In this document: piece after piece, positions 8,823-17,732 of the stretch
Layout of the letters: every line of letters starts with the position of its first letter
Numbering within the stretch: position 1 is the first letter of the stretch
From: Myxococcota bacterium
Lineage (GTDB): Bacteria; Myxococcota_A; UBA796; SXON01
Reading direction: 5' to 3'
NCBI GenBank assembly: GCA_040386535.1
Contig: JAZKFH010000008.1
Coordinates: forward strand, 144,011-208,010
DNA length: 64,000 bases
Made by a program: the position numbers and the translations under genes
The notes under the pieces: model-generated
What the model was told of the DNA's origin: nothing
Databases searched by the model: none
The model's input: only the letters and a program-made list of their open reading frames with translations

Positions 8823-9947
8823 GTGCTGGGCCTTGTGTTGAGCGGCGGTGGAGCGAGGGGTGCCTACGAGGCGGGCGTGCTCCGTTACGTCTTCGACGTG
8901 CTCGGCCCCGCGCTCGGCCGCGAGATCACCCCGCGCATCATCTGCGGCACGAGCATCGGCGCGCTCACCGGCGCGTGGGTCGGGGCGCTCGGGCGCGTCG
9001 GCGCGGTCGCGCTCGCGACGGCGTGGCAGCAGATGGAGGTCGACCATGTCTACCACCTGCGCCTGCGCGATCTCGTCGCGTGGCGGGATCCCCTGTTCTT
9101 TCGCCGCACGCCCGTGGGCGAGGGGCAGGCGTTGTTCGACCCGACGCCCCTCTACGAGCGCGTGCGCGACGAGCTTCCGTGGAACCTGCTGCACGAGCGG
9201 ATCGACCGGCAGGACCTCCGCGCGATGGTCGTCTCCACGACCGACGTGATGACCGGGCGCTGCATCCACTTCACCGACGGGCCCATCCTGCCCTACGAGC
9301 GGCCCAACGCCGTGCTGCGGCCCGAGCGCATCCAGGCGGTGCACTGCCTCGCGTCCGCGGCGATCCCCCTGGTTTTTCCCGCCGTCCAGATCCAAGGGCG
9401 CTACTACGTCGACGGCTCGTTGCGGCAGAACACGCCGCTCCTGCCGGCGATCCTGCTGGGGGCCGACAAGGTGCTCGTGGTCGGGGTCAAGCGCGGCGCC
9501 ACGCAGGATGTCCGCGCCCCCAACAAGACGCCCACGCCCATGTTCCTGGCGGGCAAGGCCCTGGACGCGCTGCTGCTCGACGATATCGAGGACGATCTGC
9601 GCCAGGTGCAGTCCGTCAACAAGCTGCTGCGCTGGGGGCAGACCGCGTTTCCCGACTTCCTCGGGCGGCTCGAGCGGGAGCACCGGCCCTACCGGGTCGT
9701 GGACACCGGCTACGTGCGGCCCTCCGAGGACCTCGGCATCATCGCCGCTGCCTGCTTCGAACAGAACCGAGCGCACCTGCCGTTCGCGACGCGCACGTTC
9801 CTGTCGATGATCCACAACCGCGAGGCGGACGACAACTCCGACCTGCTCTCCTACCTGTACTTCCACAAGAGCTTCACGGCGGAGATCGAGGCGCTCGGCT
9901 TCGCGGACGCGAAGCGGAACGAAGAGGCGTTGGTGCGGCTCCTGTAG
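8823..9947 (+). CDS. Patatin-like phospholipase
   Basis: GGGARG, GTSIG nucleophile, ASAAIP, YVDGS. GTG start 6 nt after TACAGT (alternative ATG 8808). Confidence 0.9.
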   Translation: MLGLVLSGGGARGAYEAGVLRYVFDVLGPALGREITPRIICGTSIGALTGAWVGALGRVGAVALATAWQQMEVDHVYHLRLRDLVAWRDPLFFRRTPVGEGQALFDPTPLYERVRDELPWNLLHERIDRQDLRAMVVSTTDVMTGRCIHFTDGPILPYERPNAVLRPERIQAVHCLASAAIPLVFPAVQIQGRYYVDGSLRQNTPLLPAILLGADKVLVVGVKRGATQDVRAPNKTPTPMFLAGKALDALLLDDIEDDLRQVQSVNKLLRWGQTAFPDFLGRLEREHRPYRVVDTGYVRPSEDLGIIAAACFEQNRAHLPFATRTFLSMIHNREADDNSDLLSYLYFHKSFTAEIEALGFADAKRNEEALVRLL

Positions 9948-10032
9948 GGGGTCTGACCTTACGACTTATCACCTGCGACAGGCCAACGCCGGCTTTCGTC
10001 GGGTGGGGTCTGACCTTACGACTTGTCACCTG
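9948..10032 (+). repeat. Left REP-like doublet of the RAYT element
   Basis: GGGGTCTGACCTTACGACTT(A/G)TCACCTG at 9948-9975 and 10005-10032 (57-bp period). Confidence 0.9.
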
Positions 10033-10948
10033 CCGGCGACCCATCGTCTCCAAACCGTAGGGCCTCCAGCCAACCCGCAACCTGCGCGTCTTGGACCGCG
10101 ACGGTGCGGAACCGTCCGAGCCAGAGGCTCACCTGCTGCTCCGTGGCGCCCAGCGCCTCGGCCACCGCGCGTTGTCCGAACCCGAGGTCGACGGCGAGCC
10201 ACCAGGCCGCGAGCCAGCGCGGGCGGTTGTCGCCCCGGCCGAGCCGGGCCTTGCAGAGGGCCGCGGCGTCCAGCCCGCACGTCCGGGCTACGCGCGCCAC
10301 GGCGTCGCCGGCGGTCACGGTTCCGACCGTTGGTGCCACGACCGGTCGCGGCTCTGAAGTCGCCGCGCGCCAGAGCGCGTCGGGATCGAAGCCGTCGGGC
10401 GGCGGCGCCCGCCCGGTGTGGAGGTCGTAGAGCGCCTGGCGGTAGCCCTCGACCCCGCCGTGGGCGGCCAGCAGATCGGCGGTGGTGAGCCAGTCGGGCC
10501 GCCGGACGTGGCCGACATAGGCGGCGTGGCTGGTCCAATAGCTGTCGTCGATGTCGGCGACGAGGTGCGCGCGTACGGGGTTGAGGTGCAAGTACAGCAG
10601 GAGGTGGTTCCAGTACCCGTCGGTCTCCACGAGGCGGTTGCGAAAGCGCCCCTTGAACAACGGGCCGTCCCACTGTTCGCGTGCGTTGAGCAGCCGGACG
10701 TGCTCGCCGGTGAGGTACTGCATGGCGCGGCTGAGGTTGCCGCGGGGGGTCTCGAGCAGGAGGTGGAAGTGGTTCGGCATGAGCGCGTAGGCGTGCACGC
10801 GCACGTCGAACCGGGCGGGCAGGTCGGCGAGCGCCGCGAGGAAGAGGGCGCAGGACGCGTTGTCGGTGAAGATGGGGGCGCGCCGCGCGCCACGGTTCAT
10901 CACGTGGTGGCGGGCACCGGGGAAGTCGAGGCGGAGGGGACGGGCCAT
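10016..10948 (-). CDS. REP-associated tyrosine transposase (RAYT, IS200/IS605-type Y1 HUH) with C-terminal DnaA-C-like HTH
   Basis: MARPLRLDFPGARHHVMNRG, HUH motif MPNHFHLL, GPLFKGRF, catalytic YLHLNPVRA; C-terminal HTH GFGQRAVAEALGATEQQVS. Confidence 0.9.
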   Translation of the reverse strand: MARPLRLDFPGARHHVMNRGARRAPIFTDNASCALFLAALADLPARFDVRVHAYALMPNHFHLLLETPRGNLSRAMQYLTGEHVRLLNAREQWDGPLFKGRFRNRLVETDGYWNHLLLYLHLNPVRAHLVADIDDSYWTSHAAYVGHVRRPDWLTTADLLAAHGGVEGYRQALYDLHTGRAPPPDGFDPDALWRAATSEPRPVVAPTVGTVTAGDAVARVARTCGLDAAALCKARLGRGDNRPRWLAAWWLAVDLGFGQRAVAEALGATEQQVSLWLGRFRTVAVQDAQVAGWLEALRFGDDGSPAGDKS

Positions 10949-11008
10949 TTCCGATCCAGGGTCGTGATCGAGAGTGTGCACGATCGCGAGGCGCGGTGCA
11001 CCTGCGGC

Positions 11009-11093
11009 CAGGTGATAAGTCGTAAGGTCAGACCCCCCTCGGTGAAAGCGCAGGTTGGCGCGTGCCAGGTGATAAGTCGTAAGGTCAGACCCC
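11009..11093 (-). repeat. Right REP-like doublet of the RAYT element
   Basis: CAGGTGATAAGTCGTAAGGTCAGACCCC at 11009-11036 and 11066-11093 (57-bp period), exact reverse complement of left copy 1. Confidence 0.9.
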
Positions 11094-11113
11094 TCCGGGT
11101 CTCCTGTTGCACC

Positions 11114-11147
11114 ATCGCTCCATCGCGATACATCGTTGGGGCCCGAT
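11114..11147 (+). promoter_or_regulatory. Two tandem 16-bp palindromes, candidate SahR/SamR-type operators
   Basis: ATCGC-N6-GCGAT (11114-11129) and ATCG-N8-CGAT (11132-11147, overlapping the ATG). Confidence 0.55.
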
Positions 11148-12036
11148 GAGCCCCGACCGCGCCACCCTCTTCCGCACGCTGGGCGATCCCAATCGCCTGC
11201 GGATCCTCGCCCTGCTCGGGCGCGAGGAGCTGTCGGTGTCGGAGCTGCAGGAGATCCTCGGCGTCGGCCAGTCCACGGTGTCCACCCACCTCGCGCAGCT
11301 GCGCCGCGTGGGCCTCGTGGCCACCCGGAAGGACGGCAGCGCCACGCGCTCGGTGCTCGCCACGCCCGAAGGGGAGGACGCCCTGGTACAGCTCGCCACG
11401 GCCGCGCTCTCCGCGCCCGATGAGGCTGCCCTGGCCCGCGTGTGCGCCGCCCGCGCCGCGCCCGCCCCCGAGGGCCTCGGCGCCGACTACCTGCCCGGCC
11501 GCTCCTGGGAGGCCTTCGCCCACCTGCTCCTCGCGCTCGTGCCCCCCCTCCGCATCGCCGACCTCGGCGTCGGCACCGGCCACCTCACGCGCCTCCTGGC
11601 CGCCCGCGCGCGCGCCACCATCGCCGTCGATCGGGACCCCGCCGCGCTCGCGCGCCTCGCCCAACCCGGCGACTCCTTCGTGATCGAGCCGCGGGAGGGC
11701 ACGCTCGAAGCGCTGCCGCTCACCCCCGGCGAGGTCGACCTCGTGGTGCTCTCCCAGTCGTTGCACTGCGCCGCCGACCCGGACGACACGCTCCGCCAAT
11801 GCCGCCGCGCCCTCGCGCCCGCGGGCCGGATCGTGATCCTCGATCTCGCGCCCCACCCCCACGAGTGGGCCCGCCACCGCCTCGGCCATCTCCACCTCGG
11901 CTTCCCCGATCTCGACGCGCGCCTCGCCGCCGCCGGGTTCGAACATGTCTCCGTCACGACGGTCCGCACCGACCGCCGCGCCCCCGCCTTCACCACGCTC
12001 CTCGCCACCGGCACCACCCCGGGAAGTTCCCCATGA
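11146..12036 (+). CDS. ArsR-HTH + SAM-methyltransferase-fold regulator (SahR/SamR-like)
   Basis: LFRTLGDPNRLRILALL..ELSVSEL..ILGVGQSTVSTHL; ADLGVGTG motif I; ATGA overlap with metH. Confidence 0.85.
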   Translation: MSPDRATLFRTLGDPNRLRILALLGREELSVSELQEILGVGQSTVSTHLAQLRRVGLVATRKDGSATRSVLATPEGEDALVQLATAALSAPDEAALARVCAARAAPAPEGLGADYLPGRSWEAFAHLLLALVPPLRIADLGVGTGHLTRLLAARARATIAVDRDPAALARLAQPGDSFVIEPREGTLEALPLTPGEVDLVVLSQSLHCAADPDDTLRQCRRALAPAGRIVILDLAPHPHEWARHRLGHLHLGFPDLDARLAAAGFEHVSVTTVRTDRRAPAFTTLLATGTTPGSSP

Positions 12037-15000
12037 GCCAGAACCAATCGTTCGCAAGCCCGTTCCTCGACGCCACGAGTGATCGCATCCTCCTGTTCGA
12101 CGGCGGCATGGGCACCCAGCTCATGGGGTTCAACCTGCCGTTGTCCGACTACAACGGGCTGGAGAACTGCTCCGAGATCCTCTGTTACACCCGCCCGGAC
12201 GTGGTCGGCGCGATCCACCGCCGCTACTTCGAGGCCGGCGCGGATGTCGTCGAGACCAACTCCTTCGGCGGCGCCCCCTGGGTGCTCGGCGAGTTCGGCC
12301 TCGCGAGCGAGTGTCACACGCTCAACAAGCGCTCCGCCGAGATCGCGCGCGAGGCGGCCGCGCAATTCACCGACCGGCCCCGCTTCGTGTGCGGCTCCAT
12401 CGGGCCCGGCACCCGGCTTCCGACCCTCCTCCACATCACGTGGGACGAGATGAACGCCGGCTACCAGGAGCAGGTGCGCGGCCTGCTCGACGGCGGCGTC
12501 GACGTGTTGTTGGTGGAAACCTGTCAGGATCTGCTCCAGACCAAGTGTGCGCTCGCCGCCATCTTCGCGGTGTTCGCGGCGGGCTACCGGCGCGTTCCCG
12601 TCATGGCCCAGGTCACCATGGAGACCACGGGCACGATGCTCCTCGGCAGTGACATCGCCACGGCGGCGACGGTGCTCGAGCAGTACCCCATCGATTTTCT
12701 CGGGCTCAATTGTGCCACCGGCCCCGTCGAGATGGCCGCGCACATCAGCTACCTGGGCCGCCATGCCAAGAGCCGGATCTCCGTGCTCCCCAACGCCGGG
12801 CTCCCCCAGCTGGTCGACGGGCAGACCTGTTACCCGCTCACCCCGCGCGAGCTGGCCGATTGGCACGAGCGCTTCATCCGCGAGGACGGCGTCGCCATCG
12901 TCGGCGGGTGTTGTGGCACCGGCCCCGAGCACATCCGCGCGGTCGCCGAGCGCATCAAGGGTGTCAAGCCCAAGCATCGCTCCCCGGAGTTCGTGCCCGC
13001 CGCCGCGAGCCTCTACGGCGTGGCGCCGCTGCGTCAGCAGGCCGACATCTTCGCGGTGGGCGAGCGCACCAACGCGAACGGCAGCCGCCAGTTCAAGCGC
13101 CTGCTCGACGCCCAGGATTGGGACGGCATGGTCGGCATGGGCAAGACCCAGGTGAAAGGTGGCTCCCACGCGATCGACGTGTGCACCGCGTTCGTCGGCC
13201 GCGACGAGGTGCGGGACATGGACGAGCTGGTCAAGCGCCTCGCCACGGCCGTGCACGCCCCGCTCGTCATCGACTCCACCGAGCTCCCCGTGCTCGAGGC
13301 GGCGCTCAAGCGCATCGGCGGCAAGCCGATCGTCAACTCGATCAACCTCGAGGACGGCGAGGATCGCCTCCACAAGGTGTGTGCCCTGTGCCGCACCCAC
13401 GGCGCCGCGGTCATCGCGCTCACCATCGACGAGGAGGGCATGGCGAAGACCCCCGAGCGCAAGCTCGAGGTGGCCCGCCGCATCCACGATCTCGCCGTGG
13501 CCGACGGCATCTCCCCCGACGACATCCTGTTCGATCCGCTCACGTTCACGATCTGCACCGGCAACGAGGACGACCGCAAGCTCGGCCTGTGGACGTTGGA
13601 CGGCATCCGCCTCATCGCCGAGCACTTCCCGCGGTGTGGCATCCTGCTCGGCCTCTCGAACATTTCTTTTGGCATCAACCCCCACGCCCGCCACGTGCTC
13701 AACTCGGTGTACCTGCACCACGCGCGCGAGGCCGGCCTCACCGCCGCCATCGTGCACGCCGACAAGATCACGCCGCTCTACAAGATTCCGGCCGAGCAGC
13801 GCCAGGTGTGCGAGGACCTCATCTTCGACCGCCGCCGCATCGCGACGGAGGGGGACTCCGGCTACGATCCGCTCCAGGCCCTGCTCGCGATGTTTGCCGA
13901 CGCGAAGGCGGTGAAGGTCGAGAAGAAGACCGACGCCACGGTCGAGGAGCGCCTGAAGGACCGCATCGTAGACGGCGAGCGCCCCGGCATCGAGGCCGAC
14001 CTGAACGAGGCGATGGTCACGTACAAGCCGCTCCAGATCATCAACGACATCCTCCTGGCCGGCATGAAGGTGGTCGGCGAGCTGTTCGGCTCCGGCCAGA
14101 TGCAGCTGCCGTTCGTGCTCCAGTCGGCGGAGACGATGAAATACGCCGTCGCCTACCTCCAACCCTTCATGGAGAAGGCCGAGGGCCCGCAAAAGGGAAC
14201 GATGGTCCTGGCGACCGTGCGTGGCGACGTGCACGACATCGGCAAGAACCTCGTCGACATCATCCTCACCAACAACGGCTACCGGGTGGTCAACATCGGC
14301 ATCAAGCAGCCGATCGACCAGATCCTCAAGGCTGCCAAGGAGGAGAATGCCGACGCCATCGGCATGAGCGGCCTGCTCGTGAAGAGCACGGTCATCATGA
14401 AGGAGAACATGGAGGAGATGCGGCGCCAGGGCTTCACCACGCCGGTCGTATTGGGCGGCGCCGCGCTCACCCGCGCCTACGTCGAGCACGATTGCTCGCA
14501 GACGTACGGACGCAAGGTCGTCTACGCGAAGGACGCGTTCGCCGGGCTGAACTTCATGGAGCGCCTGTCCTCGTTCGACGACACGCTCGATGTCACCGAG
14601 GCCTCGTCCACCGAGCCCGCGGTGCCGACGCGCGCCGAGCGCCCGGTGCCCTACGATCCGCGCGACGCCGCGCCCGTCGAGGCGGTCGTGCCCCCGCGCC
14701 CGCCTACGTTCGGCGCCCGCGTGTTGGACGTGCCGCTCAAGGCGCTCGTCCCCTATGTCAACGAGGACGTGCTCTACAAGTTCCAGTGGGGGTTCCTGCG
14801 CAAGAACCTCACGACCGAGGAGCACCAGGAGCAATTGCGCACGGTCGCGCGCCCCATCCTCGTGGACCTGGCCGTTCGCTGCGCCCGCGAGGGCATCCTC
14901 AAGCCCCAGGCCGTCTACGGTTGGTTCCGCTGCAAGAAGGACGGCGACGCCCTTGTGTTGGAAGATGGCACCCGGCTCGGGTTTCCGCGTCAGAAGGTGG

Positions 15001-15470
15001 CACCCAAGCCGGGCGTGGAGGCCGCCCCCGGCCTCTGCATCGCCGACTACTTCAACGACGACGACGTGGTCGGGCTCATGGCCGTGACCGTGGGCCAGCA
15101 CGCCAGCGAGGTGGCCCGCGGGTGGTTCGCGGAGAACAAGTACACCGAGTACCTGTACCTCCACGGCTTCGGGGTCGAGGTGACCGAGGCGCTCGCCGAG
15201 TTCGTGCACCGCCAGATGCGCGCCGAGATGGGCATCTCCGGCGACGACGCGCGCGACATCAAGGACCTGTTCCACAAGCAGTACCGCGGCGCCCGCTACG
15301 CCTACGGCTACCCCTCGTGCCCGGACATGGCCGACCAGCGCCACCTGTTGCGCCTGCTCGGCGCCGAGCGCATCGGCATCTCCATGGCCGACGAGGACCA
15401 GCTCCACCCGGAGCAGTCCACCGCCGCCATCGTCGTGCACCACCGGCAGGCGCGGTACTTCAAGGTCTGA
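12033..15470 (+). CDS. metH: Cobalamin-dependent methionine synthase
   Basis: LFDGGMGT, GLNCATGP, GGCCGT, VGERTNANGS, GDVHDIGKNLV B12 motif, GARYAYGYPSCP. Confidence 0.97.
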   Translation: MSQNQSFASPFLDATSDRILLFDGGMGTQLMGFNLPLSDYNGLENCSEILCYTRPDVVGAIHRRYFEAGADVVETNSFGGAPWVLGEFGLASECHTLNKRSAEIAREAAAQFTDRPRFVCGSIGPGTRLPTLLHITWDEMNAGYQEQVRGLLDGGVDVLLVETCQDLLQTKCALAAIFAVFAAGYRRVPVMAQVTMETTGTMLLGSDIATAATVLEQYPIDFLGLNCATGPVEMAAHISYLGRHAKSRISVLPNAGLPQLVDGQTCYPLTPRELADWHERFIREDGVAIVGGCCGTGPEHIRAVAERIKGVKPKHRSPEFVPAAASLYGVAPLRQQADIFAVGERTNANGSRQFKRLLDAQDWDGMVGMGKTQVKGGSHAIDVCTAFVGRDEVRDMDELVKRLATAVHAPLVIDSTELPVLEAALKRIGGKPIVNSINLEDGEDRLHKVCALCRTHGAAVIALTIDEEGMAKTPERKLEVARRIHDLAVADGISPDDILFDPLTFTICTGNEDDRKLGLWTLDGIRLIAEHFPRCGILLGLSNISFGINPHARHVLNSVYLHHAREAGLTAAIVHADKITPLYKIPAEQRQVCEDLIFDRRRIATEGDSGYDPLQALLAMFADAKAVKVEKKTDATVEERLKDRIVDGERPGIEADLNEAMVTYKPLQIINDILLAGMKVVGELFGSGQMQLPFVLQSAETMKYAVAYLQPFMEKAEGPQKGTMVLATVRGDVHDIGKNLVDIILTNNGYRVVNIGIKQPIDQILKAAKEENADAIGMSGLLVKSTVIMKENMEEMRRQGFTTPVVLGGAALTRAYVEHDCSQTYGRKVVYAKDAFAGLNFMERLSSFDDTLDVTEASSTEPAVPTRAERPVPYDPRDAAPVEAVVPPRPPTFGARVLDVPLKALVPYVNEDVLYKFQWGFLRKNLTTEEHQEQLRTVARPILVDLAVRCAREGILKPQAVYGWFRCKKDGDALVLEDGTRLGFPRQKVAPKPGVEAAPGLCIADYFNDDDVVGLMAVTVGQHASEVARGWFAENKYTEYLYLHGFGVEVTEALAEFVHRQMRAEMGISGDDARDIKDLFHKQYRGARYAYGYPSCPDMADQRHLLRLLGAERIGISMADEDQLHPEQSTAAIVVHHRQARYFKV

Positions 15471-15477
15471 CGCGCCG

Positions 15478-16937
15478 CTACCGGTGCGCGGGGCAGGACT
15501 GGAAGCCCTCGCTGCACCGGAGCTCGATGTCGTCGCCGGCCGCGAGGGTCACGTCGTTGGCCGACACGCCGCCCGCGCCGAAGTCGGCCCACACCTCGTA
15601 GCGGCCGGGCTCGACCCGCGCGGGGAGGGGAAAGCGGCCCCCCGTGCCGACGAGCCAGGCCGTCTTCGCGCCCGTGGCCCGGACGGCGGCGCGCGCCTCC
15701 GCGGGGGGCGGTTCGACCGGCGGCGGCGCGATCTCGGCCGGTATCGTCGTGAGTGCAGTGGAGCCCGCCGTCGCCGCGGGACGGAGCTCGACGGGCCGGC
15801 GGAGGGCCGGGACACCGGGGCCGAGACGACGGGGCTCACGGAAGCGCCGACGACGGGCGCGGGCTCCACCGCGGGGGCCACCACGGGGGCCACCACGGGG
15901 GCCACCACGGGCGCCGCGACGGCGACCACGTCGGGGGGCGCGATCACGGGCACGGCCGGAACACCGCCCGCGGGCCACGCTGCCCAGGCGAGGCCAGCCA
16001 CGACGACCACGGCGACGCCGACCGGCACCCAGCCGATCCTCCGCCGGGCCGCGATGGGGGCGACGACCGGCGGTTCGGGCGGGCCCTCGTCCTCCGGCAC
16101 CAGGGTCACGCCGCGCGCGCGCCCTCTCCCGTCGAGCACCGCGAGCAGCGCGTCACAGTCGGGGATGCGCCGGCCGGCCTCGGGCTCTAGGCACCCCGCG
16201 ACGGCGGCGCGCAGGCGCTCGGGCACGGACGCCGGGAGGGGCGCCCACGCGCCCTTGGTGATCGCTCCGTACACGCCGATGAGGTCGGACCACGCGAACG
16301 CGGGCGCCCCGGACAGGAGCTCGTGGAGGATGCACCCGAGCGAGAACAGATCGGCGCGGCGGTCGACCCCCTTCGCGTCGCGGAACTGCTCGGGGGCCAT
16401 GTACTGCGGCGTGCCCATGGCGAGCCCGGTCCGCGTGTGGCGGTGGCCGTCGTCATCGAGCAGGCGCGCGAGCCCGAAGTCGGCCACCTTGGGGAGGAGA
16501 TCGACGCCACCCTCGCCGCGGGCGAGGAGCACGTTGGCGGGCTTCAGATCACGGTGCACCAGGCCATGTGCGTGCGCGTGCCGTACGCCCGCGACCACGC
16601 CGCGGAACAAGGCCTCGGCGGTCTCGACGCTCGGCGGGCTCCGGGCGATCCACGCCGAGAGCGAGGGCGGGGGCACGTACTCCATGAGCAGGCCGAAGCT
16701 CCCGTCGATCTCCAACACGTCGGTCACCGCGACGATGTTGGGGTGGCGGAGGCCGGCCTGCACCCGCCCCTCGAGGAGCAGGCGCGGCGCGGCCTGGGCG
16801 CCGATCAGCGTCATGACCTTCAGCGCGTGATCGGTGCCGAGGTGGACGTGGCGCACGCGGTACACCATCGCGGTGCCCCCCTCGCCGAGGAGCTCCTCGA
16901 CGCGGTAGCGCTCGACGATGCGGCCGGACGTCAACAC
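15478..16937 (-). pseudogene. Membrane Ser/Thr protein kinase with apparent 1-bp frameshift at ~15778-15781 (or sequencing error)
   Basis: LGEGGTAMVY, HRDLKPAN, DFG, GTPQYMAPE, TM, Pro/Ala linker. The natural C-terminal domain (...GRYEVWADFG...CSEGFQSC) lies in the adjacent frame ending at 15478. Confidence 0.75.
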
Positions 16938-16973
16938 GACCGGCGCATAACGCGCTTTGTTCTGGCTACGCCG

Positions 16974-17732
16974 CTACGCCTCCACGCCGATGCGGCCTTC
17001 CTTCATGTCGGCCATCAGCGGCGCCGAGAACCAAGCGCGCACCTTCTCGAGGTGCACGGTCTCCTCGCGCCACGCCTGCTCGAACCGCGTGACGAGGTCG
17101 TCCTGGCCGAGGTTGCGCGCCATGTCGATGAGGAGCTGCCAGCCGTCGTTGTCGGTCAGCTCCGCCACGAGGATGGCGTGCAGGCACTGGGACCGGGAGC
17201 TCCGCGGATCGGTGAGGATCTGGAGCAGGCCCTGCGACTCGACCGACACGGCGTCCGCCGCGGGGGTCTGGGCGGTCGGGTCCGCGCCCATCGCCTGCAT
17301 CGTGTTGCGCAGCAGCTCGAAGTGGCGGTGCTCCTCGTCGCGGATCTTGCGCAGGTCGGCCACGGAGGGCCCGAGCGTCTTGTCGGTGACGACGGTCATG
17401 TGGCTGATCAGGGCGTCGTAGAGCCGCACGCCGGTGCGCTCGAAGGCGAGGCGCTCCCCGAGCCGATCGAGGAACACGTTCGGGCGCTGGTCCCGGACGA
17501 ACGCGGCGGCGGCCTTGGCGACCCCCTTGAGCGAGGTGGGCGGCGGCATCGAGCCGATACCCGTGCGCTCGCCGATGTACTGCTCCCGCACCGCCTGCAG
17601 GCCCGAGCTGCTGCCCTCCATGCTCGGCGTCCCTTCGCGCGCGCCCTGAACCATCTGCTCGCCGTCCACCGGCGACATGCCGATGCCGGTGCGGTTCATG
17701 CCCGTGAGCTTGTCCTTCGTCGTCGTCGCCAT
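16974..17732 (-). CDS. Ferritin-like domain protein
   Basis: LAFERTGVRLY, DEEHRH, AELTDNDGW, EETVH di-metal ExxH motifs; TGATG coupling to upstream gene. Confidence 0.8.
   Translation of the reverse strand: MATTTKDKLTGMNRTGIGMSPVDGEQMVQGAREGTPSMEGSSSGLQAVREQYIGERTGIGSMPPPTSLKGVAKAAAAFVRDQRPNVFLDRLGERLAFERTGVRLYDALISHMTVVTDKTLGPSVADLRKIRDEEHRHFELLRNTMQAMGADPTAQTPAADAVSVESQGLLQILTDPRSSRSQCLHAILVAELTDNDGWQLLIDMARNLGQDDLVTRFEQAWREETVHLEKVRAWFSAPLMADMKEGRIGVEA

Larger units (their letters stand above)
9948..11093. mobile_element. RAYT element (REPtron-like): transposase between inverted repeat doublets
   Basis: Two 28-bp repeats on each side in inverted orientation; begins at the patatin TAG stop and ends just upstream of the regulator-metH promoter. 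Confidence 0.8.

Noticed and set aside
9948..11093. 28-bp repeat + 29-bp spacer as mini-CRISPR
   Set aside because: Only two copies per side, inverted around a RAYT, and the two spacers are related to each other
11487..15443. Very long antisense/alternate-frame ORFs (also e.g. 52963-55410, 28062-30995)
   Set aside because: Shadow ORFs expected from high GC3 opposite well-supported genes; no motifs
16941..16968. dif-like site (GGCGCATAA left arm)
   Set aside because: The right arm does not match the XerD consensus TTATGTTAAAT
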